Assembly (NCBI GenBank): GCA_963842185.1
Contig: CAWJFL010000013.1
Span: forward strand, 372,022-436,021
Origin: an uncultured Verrucomicrobiae bacterium
Lineage (GTDB): Bacteria > Verrucomicrobiota > Verrucomicrobiia > Palsa-1439
DNA length: 64,000 nucleotides
Direction of reading: 5' to 3'
Part shown: piece by piece, positions 35,979 to 46,325 of the stretch
Position numbering within the stretch: position 1 is the first letter of the stretch
Layout of the letters: each line of letters begins with the position of its first letter
Translations under genes and position numbers: made by a program
The notes under the pieces: model-generated
What the model saw: only the letters and a program-made list of their open reading frames with translations
Told to the model about the DNA's origin: nothing
The model's database searches: none

Positions 35979-37456
35979 CGTGTTCCACTCAAACGAAAGT
36001 AATCTTCGACCACTTGACGGTCGCTGAACGGCACGACCGTGTCCGCAAATTCCTGGTAGGTCTCGTGTCCCTTGCCGGCAATCACCACTGCGTCGCCCGG
36101 CCGCGCAATATCCAGCGCCCGCTCGATGGCCTCGCGGCGATCGTCGATCACCTGATGGTGGTTGCCGTTTCTGGTCCCAAAGCCTTCCTCGATCTGCTTC
36201 ACGATCTCCCGCGGGTCTTCCGTCCGCGGGTTGTCGGTGGTGATGATGGAAAAGTCCGCCAGATCACTGGCCGCCTGTCCCATCGCCTTCCGCTTGCCCT
36301 TGTCGCGGTCGCCCCCGCAGCCGAACACCACAATCACCCGTCCCCGCGCCAGTTCCGCGACCGTGGCCAGCACGTTGCGCAACGCATCGGCCGTATGCGC
36401 GTAATCCACGAACACCCTGAAGTCCTCCGGAACTTCCACCCTCTCGACGCGCCCCGGCACGGGACGCAATTGCGCCAGCGCCGATTCGGCCGTCCGCAGA
36501 TCGATGCCGATGGCCTGAGTGGCGCTGATGGCCGCCAGCGCGTTGGACACGTTGTAGCGTCCAATCAATGGAAGTGACATCGGGATACTGCCCTGGGGCG
36601 TGTGGGCGACGAAGTAACTTCCCTCCGCCGACACACGCACGTCCGCGGCGCGAATGACCGCCGCGCTTGATACGCCGTAGCTGACTACGGCGCGGTCCCC
36701 ACCCAAGCGCTCAATCAATTCACAACCGTATGCGTTATCCGCATTCACTACCGCACGGCCTGCCTTTCGGACGGTGCCCAACGCGCTGAACAGCCTCGTT
36801 TTTGACTCAAAATAGTCTTCCATCGTCCCGTGGTAATCGAGATGGTCCTGCGAAAGATTCGTGAAGATCGCGACATCGAAATCCACTCCTTCCACGCGCA
36901 ATTGGTCGATCGCGTGGGAACTGACCTCCATCGATACGGCGCCGCAGCCGGCCCGCAACATCTGGCTCATCATGTCCTGGATGTCGACGGACTCGGGTGT
37001 CGTCCGTGATGCCGGTATCACGCGCTGGCCGATCTGATATTGCACCGTGCCCAGCAGGCCGCAGGAAATCCCCGCCGCCTCCATAATGGCTTTCACCATG
37101 AATGCCGTCGTCGTCTTGCCATTGGTTCCCGTAACCCCGACGACCTTCAACTGTTGCGACGGATGGTTATAGAATTGTGCCGATGCTTGCGCCATCGACC
37201 GTCGGGCGTCGCTGACTTTAATGCGCGTGGCGCGGGGATTGAAGCTGGCGTCGCGCTCCAATATGATCGCCGCTGCGCCCCGTTCGATGGCCGCCTCCAC
37301 GAAGCGATGTCCATCGGTCCGCTCGCCGCGCATCGCCACAAACATATGGCCGGGCATCACGCGGCGCGAATCGTAGGCGATACCAGTAATTTCATGGTCC
37401 AATGGACCCACGACCGCCAACGGCTTGAACGTTTTGACAATCTCCGCGAGTTTCAT
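35960..37456 (-). CDS. murE: UDP-MurNAc-L-Ala-D-Glu--2,6-diaminopimelate (or lysine) ligase
   Basis: GVTGTNGKTTTAFMV... It overlaps murF by 19 nt. Confidence 0.9.
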   Translation of the reverse strand: MKLAEIVKTFKPLAVVGPLDHEITGIAYDSRRVMPGHMFVAMRGERTDGHRFVEAAIERGAAAIILERDASFNPRATRIKVSDARRSMAQASAQFYNHPSQQLKVVGVTGTNGKTTTAFMVKAIMEAAGISCGLLGTVQYQIGQRVIPASRTTPESVDIQDMMSQMLRAGCGAVSMEVSSHAIDQLRVEGVDFDVAIFTNLSQDHLDYHGTMEDYFESKTRLFSALGTVRKAGRAVVNADNAYGCELIERLGGDRAVVSYGVSSAAVIRAADVRVSAEGSYFVAHTPQGSIPMSLPLIGRYNVSNALAAISATQAIGIDLRTAESALAQLRPVPGRVERVEVPEDFRVFVDYAHTADALRNVLATVAELARGRVIVVFGCGGDRDKGKRKAMGQAASDLADFSIITTDNPRTEDPREIVKQIEEGFGTRNGNHHQVIDDRREAIERALDIARPGDAVVIAGKGHETYQEFADTVVPFSDRQVVEDYFRLSGTRWKSCV

Positions 37457-39171
37457 GACACTTTCGTTACCTCTGTCGGTGGAGTCTGCGGCACCATGCC
37501 CAAATACTCGGCGACTTTCTCCGCCACGGCGCGGAATACCGGCCCCGCCACCGATCCCCCGTAGTACGCGCCCCCAACGGGATCATCCAACGAGACCAAA
37601 ATGGAAATCTCCGGGTTCGACGCCGGGAAATAGCCGATGAACGACGAGTAGTACTTGCGGACGTACTGGCCGTTCTCAACTTTCTGAGCCGTGCCCGTCT
37701 TGCCTGCCACATCGAACCCTTCCACGCCTGCCTTCGGCGCTGTGCCCTCGGGCCCGACCACCTTGCGCAATGCCGTCGTCATCAAGTTGCAGGTGTGCGG
37801 CGAAATAACCGGCCCGACCGCCCGCGGCTGATATTGCAATACGGTCACGCCATCTTCGCTGACGATGCTTTTGACGATCATCGGCTTCATCCGCACGCCC
37901 TGGTTCGCAATGGTGTTCAGGGCCATCAACATCTGCAGTGGTGTTACCGCAATCTCGTGCCCCATTGGAATACGGGTGATGGAAAGACTGTTCCAACGAG
38001 CCAGTGGATGGGCAATACCCGAAACCTCTCCCGGCAAGGCAATCTCGGTTTTGTGGCCGAAACCGTACCGCCGGATATACTCGTACAGCCGCGCCGGCCC
38101 CATCCGCAGGCCCACCTTCGCCGCCCCGATGTTGCTGGAATGAAATAAAATCTCCTCAACACTCAACACGCCGAATGGATGCGCATCGTGCAACACGCGG
38201 CCCGCATACATGAACGCGCCGTTCTCGCAGTCGAACTGGTCCCCGAGCGTCACGACCCCCTCGTTGAGCGCGCCCGAGCATACGACAATCTTGAAGGTGG
38301 AACCCGGCTCAGCGACGTCGCTGATGCACCGATTGCGACGCGCATCAGCGGAAGACGCGTCCATCTCGGTCGGATCAAACGTCGGTCGCGAACTCATCGC
38401 CAGGATTTCCCCCGTCTTCGGACGTGACACAATGATCACACCCGATTGTGGCTTGAATTCCGCCATCGCTTTCTCAAGTTCCTGCTCCGCGATGTGCTCA
38501 ATCACCTGGTCGACGGTGAGGACCACATTAAGACCATCCTGCGGCCCGAGGTCCTCGGTGCGCAAGGCTCGAATCTCGCGGCCTTTGCGGTCGCGTTCGA
38601 TGACTTCGTAACCGGCCTGGCCCTGCAAATAATCCTCCATCGCCGCTTCGATGCCCTGCACCCCCTTGTGTTCGGCATCGACGAACCCGATCACATGACT
38701 GGCCAGCGGACCATTCGGATAGGACCGGACAAATTGATCCTCAAAGTAAATGCCCTTTAACTTCATTGCCCGGATCTTTTGCACGGCGTCTTCTTCGAGT
38801 TTGACGCGCGGATTGAGCCGAACGTAGCGGGACTGGCCACTGAGCTTTTGCGTGAGTGAGTCGACATCCATCCCGATCAACGGCGCGAGCTTCTGCGCGA
38901 TCGCGGAAGCCTGCGGAGCGGTGATCGTCGCGTCGGCCGTGACGATGTGCACCGACAAACTCACTGCCAGCGGATTGCCGTTGGCATCCAAGATCGACCC
39001 CCGTCGGCCTTGCCGATGGACAACCTGCTCACGGTTTGCCTGCGCCAACGCACTGAGCTCCTTGTGCTGCAAGACATGCAAATCGAAGAGACGGAATGCG
39101 AGCGCGGTAAAGACCGACGCCAACGCACCGACCACGATCAACGCCCTGCCTTGTTGCGGTGCCAGTGTCAT
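37453..39171 (-). CDS. ftsI: Penicillin-binding protein 3/2-type transpeptidase (FtsI)
   Basis: An N-terminal TM, a dimerisation domain, and a transpeptidase domain with the STFK, SSN and KTGT motifs. The start is chosen at ATG 39171 (MTLAPQQGRALIVVGALASVF). Confidence 0.85.
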   Translation of the reverse strand: MTLAPQQGRALIVVGALASVFTALAFRLFDLHVLQHKELSALAQANREQVVHRQGRRGSILDANGNPLAVSLSVHIVTADATITAPQASAIAQKLAPLIGMDVDSLTQKLSGQSRYVRLNPRVKLEEDAVQKIRAMKLKGIYFEDQFVRSYPNGPLASHVIGFVDAEHKGVQGIEAAMEDYLQGQAGYEVIERDRKGREIRALRTEDLGPQDGLNVVLTVDQVIEHIAEQELEKAMAEFKPQSGVIIVSRPKTGEILAMSSRPTFDPTEMDASSADARRNRCISDVAEPGSTFKIVVCSGALNEGVVTLGDQFDCENGAFMYAGRVLHDAHPFGVLSVEEILFHSSNIGAAKVGLRMGPARLYEYIRRYGFGHKTEIALPGEVSGIAHPLARWNSLSITRIPMGHEIAVTPLQMLMALNTIANQGVRMKPMIVKSIVSEDGVTVLQYQPRAVGPVISPHTCNLMTTALRKVVGPEGTAPKAGVEGFDVAGKTGTAQKVENGQYVRKYYSSFIGYFPASNPEISILVSLDDPVGGAYYGGSVAGPVFRAVAEKVAEYLGMVPQTPPTEVTKVS

Positions 39172-39176
39172 GATTC

Positions 39177-39593
39177 CTATTGGACGACCGCCCGGGGCTG
39201 GGGGTTCCGTAATTGTAGTCTGGCTTGCTGTTGCGCCGGGATCCGCGCGGGCAAAGGTGCATTCGCCATCTGCACATCCCACTCCGGACCCGGCTCATAC
39301 AACCTCACCATCTGGCTTTCTCTGGGAGCCACCAGGCTGAGATTGTATTCTTGGCACTTCGTTTCCAGTTCCGCCGGGGATTCCAAACGTGCCAGTTGCG
39401 CGGCCAGCATGAGATTACGTTGTTGTGCCGAAGACAGGAGCGCCTCTCGCTTCTTGAGCTCGTCGCCCAAACGGTAGATGGTATTCTTCTGCCACACGTA
39501 GCCCAAGCCGCTAATGGCCACACACATGCACACGAACAGCGACTTGGTCACCGTTCCAAACCTCAATGGCTCGCGTTTACGATTCCGCTTCAT
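39177..39593 (-). CDS. ftsL: Cell division protein FtsL-like (single-pass membrane, coiled coil)
   Basis: MKRNRKREPLRFGTVTKSLFVCMCVAISGLGYVWQKNTIYRLGDELKKREALLSSAQQRNLML... It sits at the canonical position between rsmH and ftsI. Confidence 0.6.
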   Translation of the reverse strand: MKRNRKREPLRFGTVTKSLFVCMCVAISGLGYVWQKNTIYRLGDELKKREALLSSAQQRNLMLAAQLARLESPAELETKCQEYNLSLVAPRESQMVRLYEPGPEWDVQMANAPLPARIPAQQQARLQLRNPQPRAVVQ

Positions 39594-39674
39594 CTCAAAA
39601 ATTGGCCCGGGGGGTCGTCCTCCTTGGAACCGACCCCCCGCGGGGTTCCCCACCCCCAACCAAACGTTCTCTTC

Positions 39675-40601
39675 CTAAATCTTCTCCGCGACGCGCAACT
39701 TCGCGCTCCGCGCCCGTGGGTTCATACTTATTTCCGTCTCGTCGGCCGTGACGGGCTTTTTCGTCACGATCCGCAGCATTTCCTTGCGCCCGCACCCACA
39801 CACCGCCAACTCCGGCGGGCAGATACAACCGCTGCTCTTTTCCACAAAAAACTGTTTCACAATCCGGTCTTCCAGCGAATGAAAGGAGATGACCGCAATC
39901 CGCGCCCCAGCTCGCAGAAATCGGGTAGCCACATCCAGCCCCTGACGGAGATTGGTCAATTCGTTATTGACCGCGATACGCAGGCCCTGGAACACTCTCG
40001 TCGCCGGATGGATGACGCCACGCTTCGATCCCAACACTTGCTCCACCAATCGGGCCAGTTGCGCGGTGGTCTCCAGAGGTGCCCGCTCGCGTTCAGTGAC
40101 AATTTTCCGGGCAATCGCTCGGGAACGCTTCTCTTCGCCGTACACACGGAAGATCTTTGCCAGTTCCTCCAGACTGGCGGTGCGAAGGATGTCCCGAGCG
40201 GTTGCCCCAAACTGGCGACTCATGCGCATGTCCAACGGACCATCCCGCAGGACACTAAAACCTCGGCCCGGCTCGTCAAACTGATGCGAACTGACACCGA
40301 GGTCGAACAGAACCCCATCCACCACTGTTACTCCTAGACTCATCAACGCTCTCTCCAACTCCGTATAGCTGGCGCGCACCAATTGTACGCGCGCCCCAAA
40401 TTCACTCAGCCGCTCGCGGCTGGCCGCGATGGCCTCATCATCCCAGTCCAAGCCGATCAACTGACCCTCCGGCCCGCACGCGCGCAAAATCTCCCGCGCA
40501 TGCCCGCCGCCGCCGACCGTACAATCCACGTACAGCCCGCCGCGGCGCGGTTGCAACTGGTTTACGACCTCCTTGAGCAGCACAGGTGTGTGGTAGGTCA
40601 T
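39675..40601 (-). CDS. rsmH: 16S rRNA (cytosine1402-N4)-methyltransferase RsmH (MraW)
   Basis: MTYHTPVLLKEVVNQLQPRRGGLYVDCTVGGGGHAREIL... Confidence 0.9.
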   Translation of the reverse strand: MTYHTPVLLKEVVNQLQPRRGGLYVDCTVGGGGHAREILRACGPEGQLIGLDWDDEAIAASRERLSEFGARVQLVRASYTELERALMSLGVTVVDGVLFDLGVSSHQFDEPGRGFSVLRDGPLDMRMSRQFGATARDILRTASLEELAKIFRVYGEEKRSRAIARKIVTERERAPLETTAQLARLVEQVLGSKRGVIHPATRVFQGLRIAVNNELTNLRQGLDVATRFLRAGARIAVISFHSLEDRIVKQFFVEKSSGCICPPELAVCGCGRKEMLRIVTKKPVTADETEISMNPRARSAKLRVAEKI

Positions 40602-40744
40602 GCAGAAGCCCGGATCGGAAGGAAATTGCTACGTACGTACACCGATCCCGACCTCCTTTGCCACACCTCCCTGCCCGCCCGCGGGAAACTTCCCTCCCGC
40701 TGTCACCGCTTCACAAGACCGCGACCGGCTTGCCAGTTCCCTCC

Positions 40745-41125
40745 TCACAAGCGCGCGGCACGATGACTGCCCAACACTCGTCCGATCAAATGCCCGAAAC
40801 CAACGCGCGACCACGGGGTGCTGCTGGAACGTTCGCGCTTCACGTTCTCCACGGCGTAACTCGCGGAAATGTCGATCACGTCGGTGGCCATTTCGGGCAA
40901 ACACCCGCAGCCTCCCTCGATGATGACCGCGCCGCGCGCCACAGGGCGCGACGCCGAGCGCTGTACACCGTCACTACCAGTGGATCGGACGATCCGACTG
41001 TCCAACTTCGGAAATGGATTCATTCGCGGCAGACGGAACTGCCGCATCTCCCCACCCTGATTCGTCAGGCTGCGGTTCACACTCAAAAAACTCATGATGC
41101 CTTCTCGACTCATCTGCGATCTCAC
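40745..41125 (-). CDS. Hypothetical 126-aa ORF inside an unusual 520 bp mraZ-rsmH spacer
   Basis: The GTG start overlaps the mraZ stop (GTGA). I see no recognisable domain. The composition is Ser/Arg-rich, so coding status is uncertain. Confidence 0.3.
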   Translation of the reverse strand: MRSQMSREGIMSFLSVNRSLTNQGGEMRQFRLPRMNPFPKLDSRIVRSTGSDGVQRSASRPVARGAVIIEGGCGCLPEMATDVIDISASYAVENVKRERSSSTPWSRVGFGHLIGRVLGSHRAARL

Positions 41126-41574
41126 AATCCCACTTGCTTGGCGGCCTCCGAAAAATTCTCCATCGCGTTGCGGTCAACCTCGGCCCATCGCTCCGGCGAC
41201 CAAATCTCGAACCGCGTCAACATTCCCACGAGAACCGCTTCTTTCCCCACACCGGCGTGCCGAAGCAGCTGGTCCGTCAACCCGATGCGCCCCTGGCTGT
41301 CGCAGGGCGTACCGTGCGCCCGCGAGGCGATGACCCGAAGCACGTCACGTCGCCCGTATTCTCCGATCGAAATGTCGTCGGCGCGCTCCAGCATCTTTTC
41401 CATGGCCGATGCCGTTAACACGACCAGACAATTCTTTGGATCGGGCAATACGTAAAACTCTCGCGAGCGCCTCGCGGCCGCCCGCCAGATTGCCGGTATC
41501 GCGACGCGGTTCTTGCCGTCAACCGCGTGCCGAAACGTGCCAAAGAACACCGCCCTTGTAAGTGCCTTTACCAT
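41122..41574 (-). CDS. mraZ: Transcriptional regulator MraZ
   Basis: A duplicated MraZ fold (FFGTFRHAVDGKNRVAIPAIWR... and ...AHGTPCDSQGRIGLTDQLLRHAGV...). The start is chosen at GTG/ATG about 41574 (MVKALTRAVFFGTF). Confidence 0.8.
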   Translation of the reverse strand: MVKALTRAVFFGTFRHAVDGKNRVAIPAIWRAAARRSREFYVLPDPKNCLVVLTASAMEKMLERADDISIGEYGRRDVLRVIASRAHGTPCDSQGRIGLTDQLLRHAGVGKEAVLVGMLTRFEIWSPERWAEVDRNAMENFSEAAKQVGL

Positions 41575-41716
41575 TTGGGAGTCGTGGCTCCTCCTTGAAA
41601 ACCACCATTCCCCACAACGCCCCACATTTAGACACGACAGCCAAAACGTGTCAACACCTTTCCGTGAAATCTCTGAAAAAATTCTGAGCGCCTTCGCTCA
41701 GCCCCCGGTAGGATGT

Positions 41717-42514
41717 TTATCCTCGGTCGCGCCCGTTTCCGAAGAGAAACGTCAACCCCCGCCACGCCCGCTCGCGCCAGCACCGCTCGTTGTGTTCGCC
41801 ACCTTTGTCCTCGAAGTACAGCAAATCCTCCCGCTCACGCCACCCGCGTGACAAATACGCTTCGTGAACCTGACGCGATTGCCGCACCCCGTCCCGGACC
41901 GTGCCGCAGTCCAGATAGATGCGGAGGTCCTGATGGTCGCGTTCGCGCACGAACTCCATGAACGATTTCTTCTGCCGATCGCGGACCTGAAACGCGCCCG
42001 ACAAACACGCCGCCTTGCTGAACGTCTCGGGGAGTTTGTGCGCCATCCACAACGTGACCAGACCGCCGAGCGACGAACCCATCAACGCCGTGTGGTGGCG
42101 ATCTTTCTTTGTCGGAAATCTCCGGTCGACGTACCGCTTCACCACATCGACCACGTAGTTCGCGTACGGATGCGACAGAATATCGTCGTATGTTTTGACC
42201 GGCGTGTACTCGCGGTAGCGCGCGTGCGTGTTCGGAATGCCAACAAGAATGATCGGCTCCATTTTTCCTTCACGCGTCAACTCGTCGGCAATCTGATTCA
42301 GGAACCAGCCGCCGTGTCCGAAACAACAGTGCGGATCATCCCATATGTTTTGCCCATCGTGGCAGTACAGCACCGGAAAGCGCCGCCGATGATCATGCTC
42401 CGCCAGTTCGGGAAGATGAACGTAGATCGGCCGCGGCGCGAGACGACCGAATCGGGGCTGGACCTTCGATTCGTCGATGACGTGAAACCGGGACGACTCG
42501 GGGAAATGGATCAT
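41717..42514 (-). CDS. Esterase-family alpha/beta hydrolase (putative esterase, PF00756-like)
   Basis: VLYCHDGQNIW..., nucleophile elbow ALMGSSLGG, ...HNERCW. Confidence 0.75.
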   Translation of the reverse strand: MIHFPESSRFHVIDESKVQPRFGRLAPRPIYVHLPELAEHDHRRRFPVLYCHDGQNIWDDPHCCFGHGGWFLNQIADELTREGKMEPIILVGIPNTHARYREYTPVKTYDDILSHPYANYVVDVVKRYVDRRFPTKKDRHHTALMGSSLGGLVTLWMAHKLPETFSKAACLSGAFQVRDRQKKSFMEFVRERDHQDLRIYLDCGTVRDGVRQSRQVHEAYLSRGWREREDLLYFEDKGGEHNERCWRERAWRGLTFLFGNGRDRG

Positions 42515-42586
42515 GTGCGTTTCGGAAACAACGGCGCAACCTGGCCGATCTTCGTCCCCGCCGCAAGCCGCCCCCAGTTCACTTCT

Positions 42587-44023
42587 TCAGCCAACAGGCC
42601 AGAGCTTGTCGCCAACGCCGAGTTGCGTTCGGATCGCGTCGCTCGTGCCCGGCATGAACGGCGCCACCAACACCGAAATCAAACGCACCGATTCCGCGAG
42701 ATTGTAAAGCACGCCGTCGAGTTGACGCGCCTTCGCCGGATCCTTGGCCAGCTTCCACGGCGCGCTCTCCTCAACATATTGATTTGACCGCACCACGAAG
42801 CCCCACAACCCTTCCAGTGCTCCGACGAAATCCAATCGGCTCATCCCCTCACGATAGGTCGTCACCGTCTTGTCGGCCTCAGCCTGCAGGGCCTTATCAT
42901 TCGCTTCGGGCACCGCGCCATTGCGATATCGCTGGATCATCGTCAACGTGCGATTCACCAGATTCCCCAGCTTGTCCGCCAATTCTGCGTTGTACACCTC
43001 GTTGAACCTGGCCTCCGCGAAATCGCTGTCGTTAATGCCCAAGGGACCGTAGCGCCCGAGAAAATAACGTAGCGCATCCAGCCCGAAATCCGCGATATAT
43101 CGGTCAATCTTCTCAAGATCAATAAAGTTGCCAAGGCTCTTGCTCATCTTCTGGCCTTCGCTGATCCAAAAACTGTGGGCGTAGACCTGTCGCGGCAACT
43201 CGCGCTTCAATGCGATCAACATGGCCGGCCAGATCACCGCGTGGAACCAAAGGATGTCCTTCGCGATCAAATGCACGTCCGCCGGCCAGAACTTCCGACG
43301 CTCATCTGTATCGACGGCCGAGATGTAATTGAAGAGCGCATCGATCCACACGTAGATGGTGTGTTCGGGGTCTCCCGGAACACGAATTCCCCAATCGCCT
43401 CCACCCGTGCGCGAGATCGGCACATCATTGAGACCTTCGCGGATGCGGTTCCGGACTTCATTGCGCCGCACGTCGGGATGGACGAACTCCGGCCGCTCTT
43501 CCAGCAGCTTCAGCAACGAGTCGCCGTACCGGCTGAGTCGAAAGAAATAATTCTTCTCCTTCTTGCGGACCAGCGGTTTGCCGTTGAACGGCGACTTAAA
43601 CTCGTATTCCTTTGCCTTGTTCTCGGGCAAATACTCCTCCTGCCCGGCGTCATACCAGCCTTCGTAGTCCCCGAGATATACATCGCCCGTCTTTAGCAGT
43701 TCGCCGACGTACTGTTGCACTTTGACCTTGTGACGCTCCTGGCTCGTGCGGATGAAATCGTCGTTGCGGATCCCCAGCTTGGCAAATGTATCCTGAAAAG
43801 CTTTCGCGTTCTGGTCGGCCCACTGTTGCGCCGTCACGCCATGCTCCGCCGCGGAGTCCACCACTTTCGCCGCATGCTCGTCCGTGCCCGTCAGGAAAAA
43901 CACGTCGTCGCCACACAGTCGATGAAAGCGCGCCGCGATATCCGCAATCGTGGTCGTGTACACATGACCGATGTGCGGGCGGTCGTTGACATAATAAATC
44001 GGCGTCGTGACGTAGAATTTCAT
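42587..44023 (-). CDS. metG: Methionyl-tRNA synthetase (short form, no C-terminal tRNA-binding extension)
   Basis: The HIGH motif reads PHIGHVYTTTIADIAARF. The KMSKS motif reads KMSKSLGN. Confidence 0.9.
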   Translation of the reverse strand: MKFYVTTPIYYVNDRPHIGHVYTTTIADIAARFHRLCGDDVFFLTGTDEHAAKVVDSAAEHGVTAQQWADQNAKAFQDTFAKLGIRNDDFIRTSQERHKVKVQQYVGELLKTGDVYLGDYEGWYDAGQEEYLPENKAKEYEFKSPFNGKPLVRKKEKNYFFRLSRYGDSLLKLLEERPEFVHPDVRRNEVRNRIREGLNDVPISRTGGGDWGIRVPGDPEHTIYVWIDALFNYISAVDTDERRKFWPADVHLIAKDILWFHAVIWPAMLIALKRELPRQVYAHSFWISEGQKMSKSLGNFIDLEKIDRYIADFGLDALRYFLGRYGPLGINDSDFAEARFNEVYNAELADKLGNLVNRTLTMIQRYRNGAVPEANDKALQAEADKTVTTYREGMSRLDFVGALEGLWGFVVRSNQYVEESAPWKLAKDPAKARQLDGVLYNLAESVRLISVLVAPFMPGTSDAIRTQLGVGDKLWPVG

Positions 44024-44066
44024 GGGCGCGGAATCATCGCAGCTTGGCGCGACCGAGTCAACCGTC

Positions 44067-45162
44067 TCACTTCCCGCCCATTCTCTCGAGCAGTGTCACG
44101 ATCGAAAGGATACAGAGCGCCTGGACGATCACGATCAGCGCGGCGGTCATTTGCGACCACAACAGGATCGTCGCGCCCAAGCCCAAGGTAAGCGTAATGA
44201 GGTAAATCAGCGTTACCGCCCAGCTTTGCGGCAGTCCCAACCGCACCAACCGGTGCGAAAGATGGTTCACATCGCCCCGATAGACCGGCTGGCCATGCCG
44301 AATGCGAATCCACATCACCATGACGAGATCGAACAGCGGCACCGCCAGCACCAGCAACGGAATCAACACGGGTAACCAAGTCGGCGTCCTGCCACGGTGG
44401 TAAAACGTGACGCAAATCGGCAACACCGCCAGCATGTAACCAACAAAATGGCTGCCGGCGTCGCCGAGGAAGATCGTCGCCGGCTTGAAATTGTGCGGCA
44501 GGAACCCCAGCAGCGCGCCCGCCAGCGCTACCGCCAGAAGACACACGAAATACTCGTGCTGAATCCCGGCAATGAATCCGAACAATGATGCGCAGACCAA
44601 CCCAATCCCCGCGCACAGCCCGTCCATGTTATCGAGAAAGTTCATCGCGTTCGTGATGGTTACAATCCACAACACCGTCATCAGGTAGTTGATGAATCGA
44701 TTGGGAATGAACGCCGTGATCCGGATTCCCGCCAGCGCCACGAGCAGCGCGATGACCACTTGCGCGATCAACTTCGCCCGAGGGTTCAGCTCGTATTTGT
44801 CGTCATACATCCCCAGCGCCACCATCAGGCCACCCCCCAACACGATCACCAGCAACTTCGGCCAGACCGAGAACGCACCGTCGAGGTACATCTTCACGTC
44901 GGGCATGTTGATCAGCGGCAAATCCACCCGGTTTCCCAAGCGGAAGGATGAACAGATAGTTGAATATGACATTGGCTGCGAACGCGCAGAAAATCGCCGC
45001 ACCGCCCAGCAACGGCATCGCTTCGGTATGAATCTTCCGCTCCCGGTCCGGTTCGTCGATGTACTTCCACTGGAAGGAAAGTCGCTTGAACCCGGGCGTG
45101 AAGAACAGCGCCAGCACGAAGCTGACATCAAACACATAGAGGTAGACGAGCAGCCAATGCAT
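44067..45162 (-). CDS. GT4-family polyprenyl-phosphate sugar-1-phosphate transferase (WecA/MraY-like) with an apparent 1 bp insertion near 44932
   Basis: The N-terminal frame (ORF 44803..45189) reads MHWLLVYLYVFDVSFVLALFFTPGFKRLSFQWKYIDEPDRERKIHTEAMPLLGGAAIFCAFAANVIFNYLFILPLG|. The downstream frame (44067..45137) reads |NRVDLPLINMPDVKMYLDGAF...NAMNFLDNMDGLCAGIG...FLGDAGSHFVGY... The frames rejoin if one A is removed from GGGAAACCG (plus-strand TTT 44932-44934). Confidence 0.7.
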
Positions 45163-45164
45163 GT

Positions 45165-46322
45165 TCAGTACCGCGCCGCCCACAACCACCGGTACAACTC
45201 ATCAAGTTGTTGCACCATTCGCGCCTCCGAAAACCGCTCCTTGACCAATTCCTTGCCTCGCGCACCCATTCTATGCGCCAACTCGTCGTCCTGCAACAAC
45301 CGAATCACCGCATTAGCCAGCGCGTTCACATCCTTGGCGGGCACGAGGAATCCCGTTTCACCGTCGAGGCACACCTCGCGCGCCCCATCGACATCGAACG
45401 CAACGACCGGCTTGCCACAGGCCAGCGCCTGGGGTAACGCCCGCGGCAATCCCTCACGCAGCGACAAGTGCACCAACAGTTCCATCGACGCCACGTAGCG
45501 TGGGATCTCTTGCGGCGGCACAAGGCCCGCGAATGCAAAATGACTGCGCAACCCCATTTTCGCGACCCGCCACTCGAAGCGCTCACGGTACACACCGTCA
45601 CCCACCAACAGGAACTTCACATTCGGCACTGCCGCCACAATTCGTGGCGCTGCTTCAAACAAAAACTCGTGCCCCTTTAACCGAAATAACCGCGCGATCT
45701 TGCCGACCACCAGGTCGGTTTCCGAAATGCCGAGCGATTCACGCAAGGAATCGTCACGACGTGCCTTCACAAACGCCTCAATGTCCATCCCACTGTGGAT
45801 TGTGACGTATCGGTCCGGCGTCCCGATTCCGGCCGCGAGGTATTGCTCCGTCATCGCGTCGGCGACGGACACGAATTGCGTCGTGCACGCGCCCGCGATC
45901 TGCTCCGCCCAGCGAAACGCCCAGTTCCCGACCGGATTCTGGTAACGGTAAAAGGACGGGCCGTGAATGGTGTGAACGATGATTGGCACACGCGCCCACC
46001 TCGCCGCCACCCGTCCCGCCAGCCCCGCCTTCCCACTGTGGGTGTGGACCACCACGTATTGCTTGCTCGTAAACAGACGCTGCAAGGCCCGGCACGCGCT
46101 CACATCGAGCCACGGATTCGGCGTGCGTCGCAATTCATCCACGATCGTGATTGGCACACCTGCAGCCTTCGCCTGATTGTAGAGCGAGCCTTCCGGTCCC
46201 GTCTGGGGACCAATGATCAGATCCACCTCGTGGCCGAGTTTGCGCAGCCCAATACACGTGGATACGGTGTTCTCCTGCGCCCCGCCGACGATCAACCGCG
46301 TGATGACATGACCGATTCTCAT
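45165..46322 (-). CDS. Glycosyltransferase family 1 (GT-B, GT4 in CAZy)
   Basis: 385 aa: MRIGHVITRLIVGGAQENT... with a C-terminal EX7E-like region. Confidence 0.85.
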   Translation of the reverse strand: MRIGHVITRLIVGGAQENTVSTCIGLRKLGHEVDLIIGPQTGPEGSLYNQAKAAGVPITIVDELRRTPNPWLDVSACRALQRLFTSKQYVVVHTHSGKAGLAGRVAARWARVPIIVHTIHGPSFYRYQNPVGNWAFRWAEQIAGACTTQFVSVADAMTEQYLAAGIGTPDRYVTIHSGMDIEAFVKARRDDSLRESLGISETDLVVGKIARLFRLKGHEFLFEAAPRIVAAVPNVKFLLVGDGVYRERFEWRVAKMGLRSHFAFAGLVPPQEIPRYVASMELLVHLSLREGLPRALPQALACGKPVVAFDVDGAREVCLDGETGFLVPAKDVNALANAVIRLLQDDELAHRMGARGKELVKERFSEARMVQQLDELYRWLWAARY

Positions 46323-46325
46323 TGT

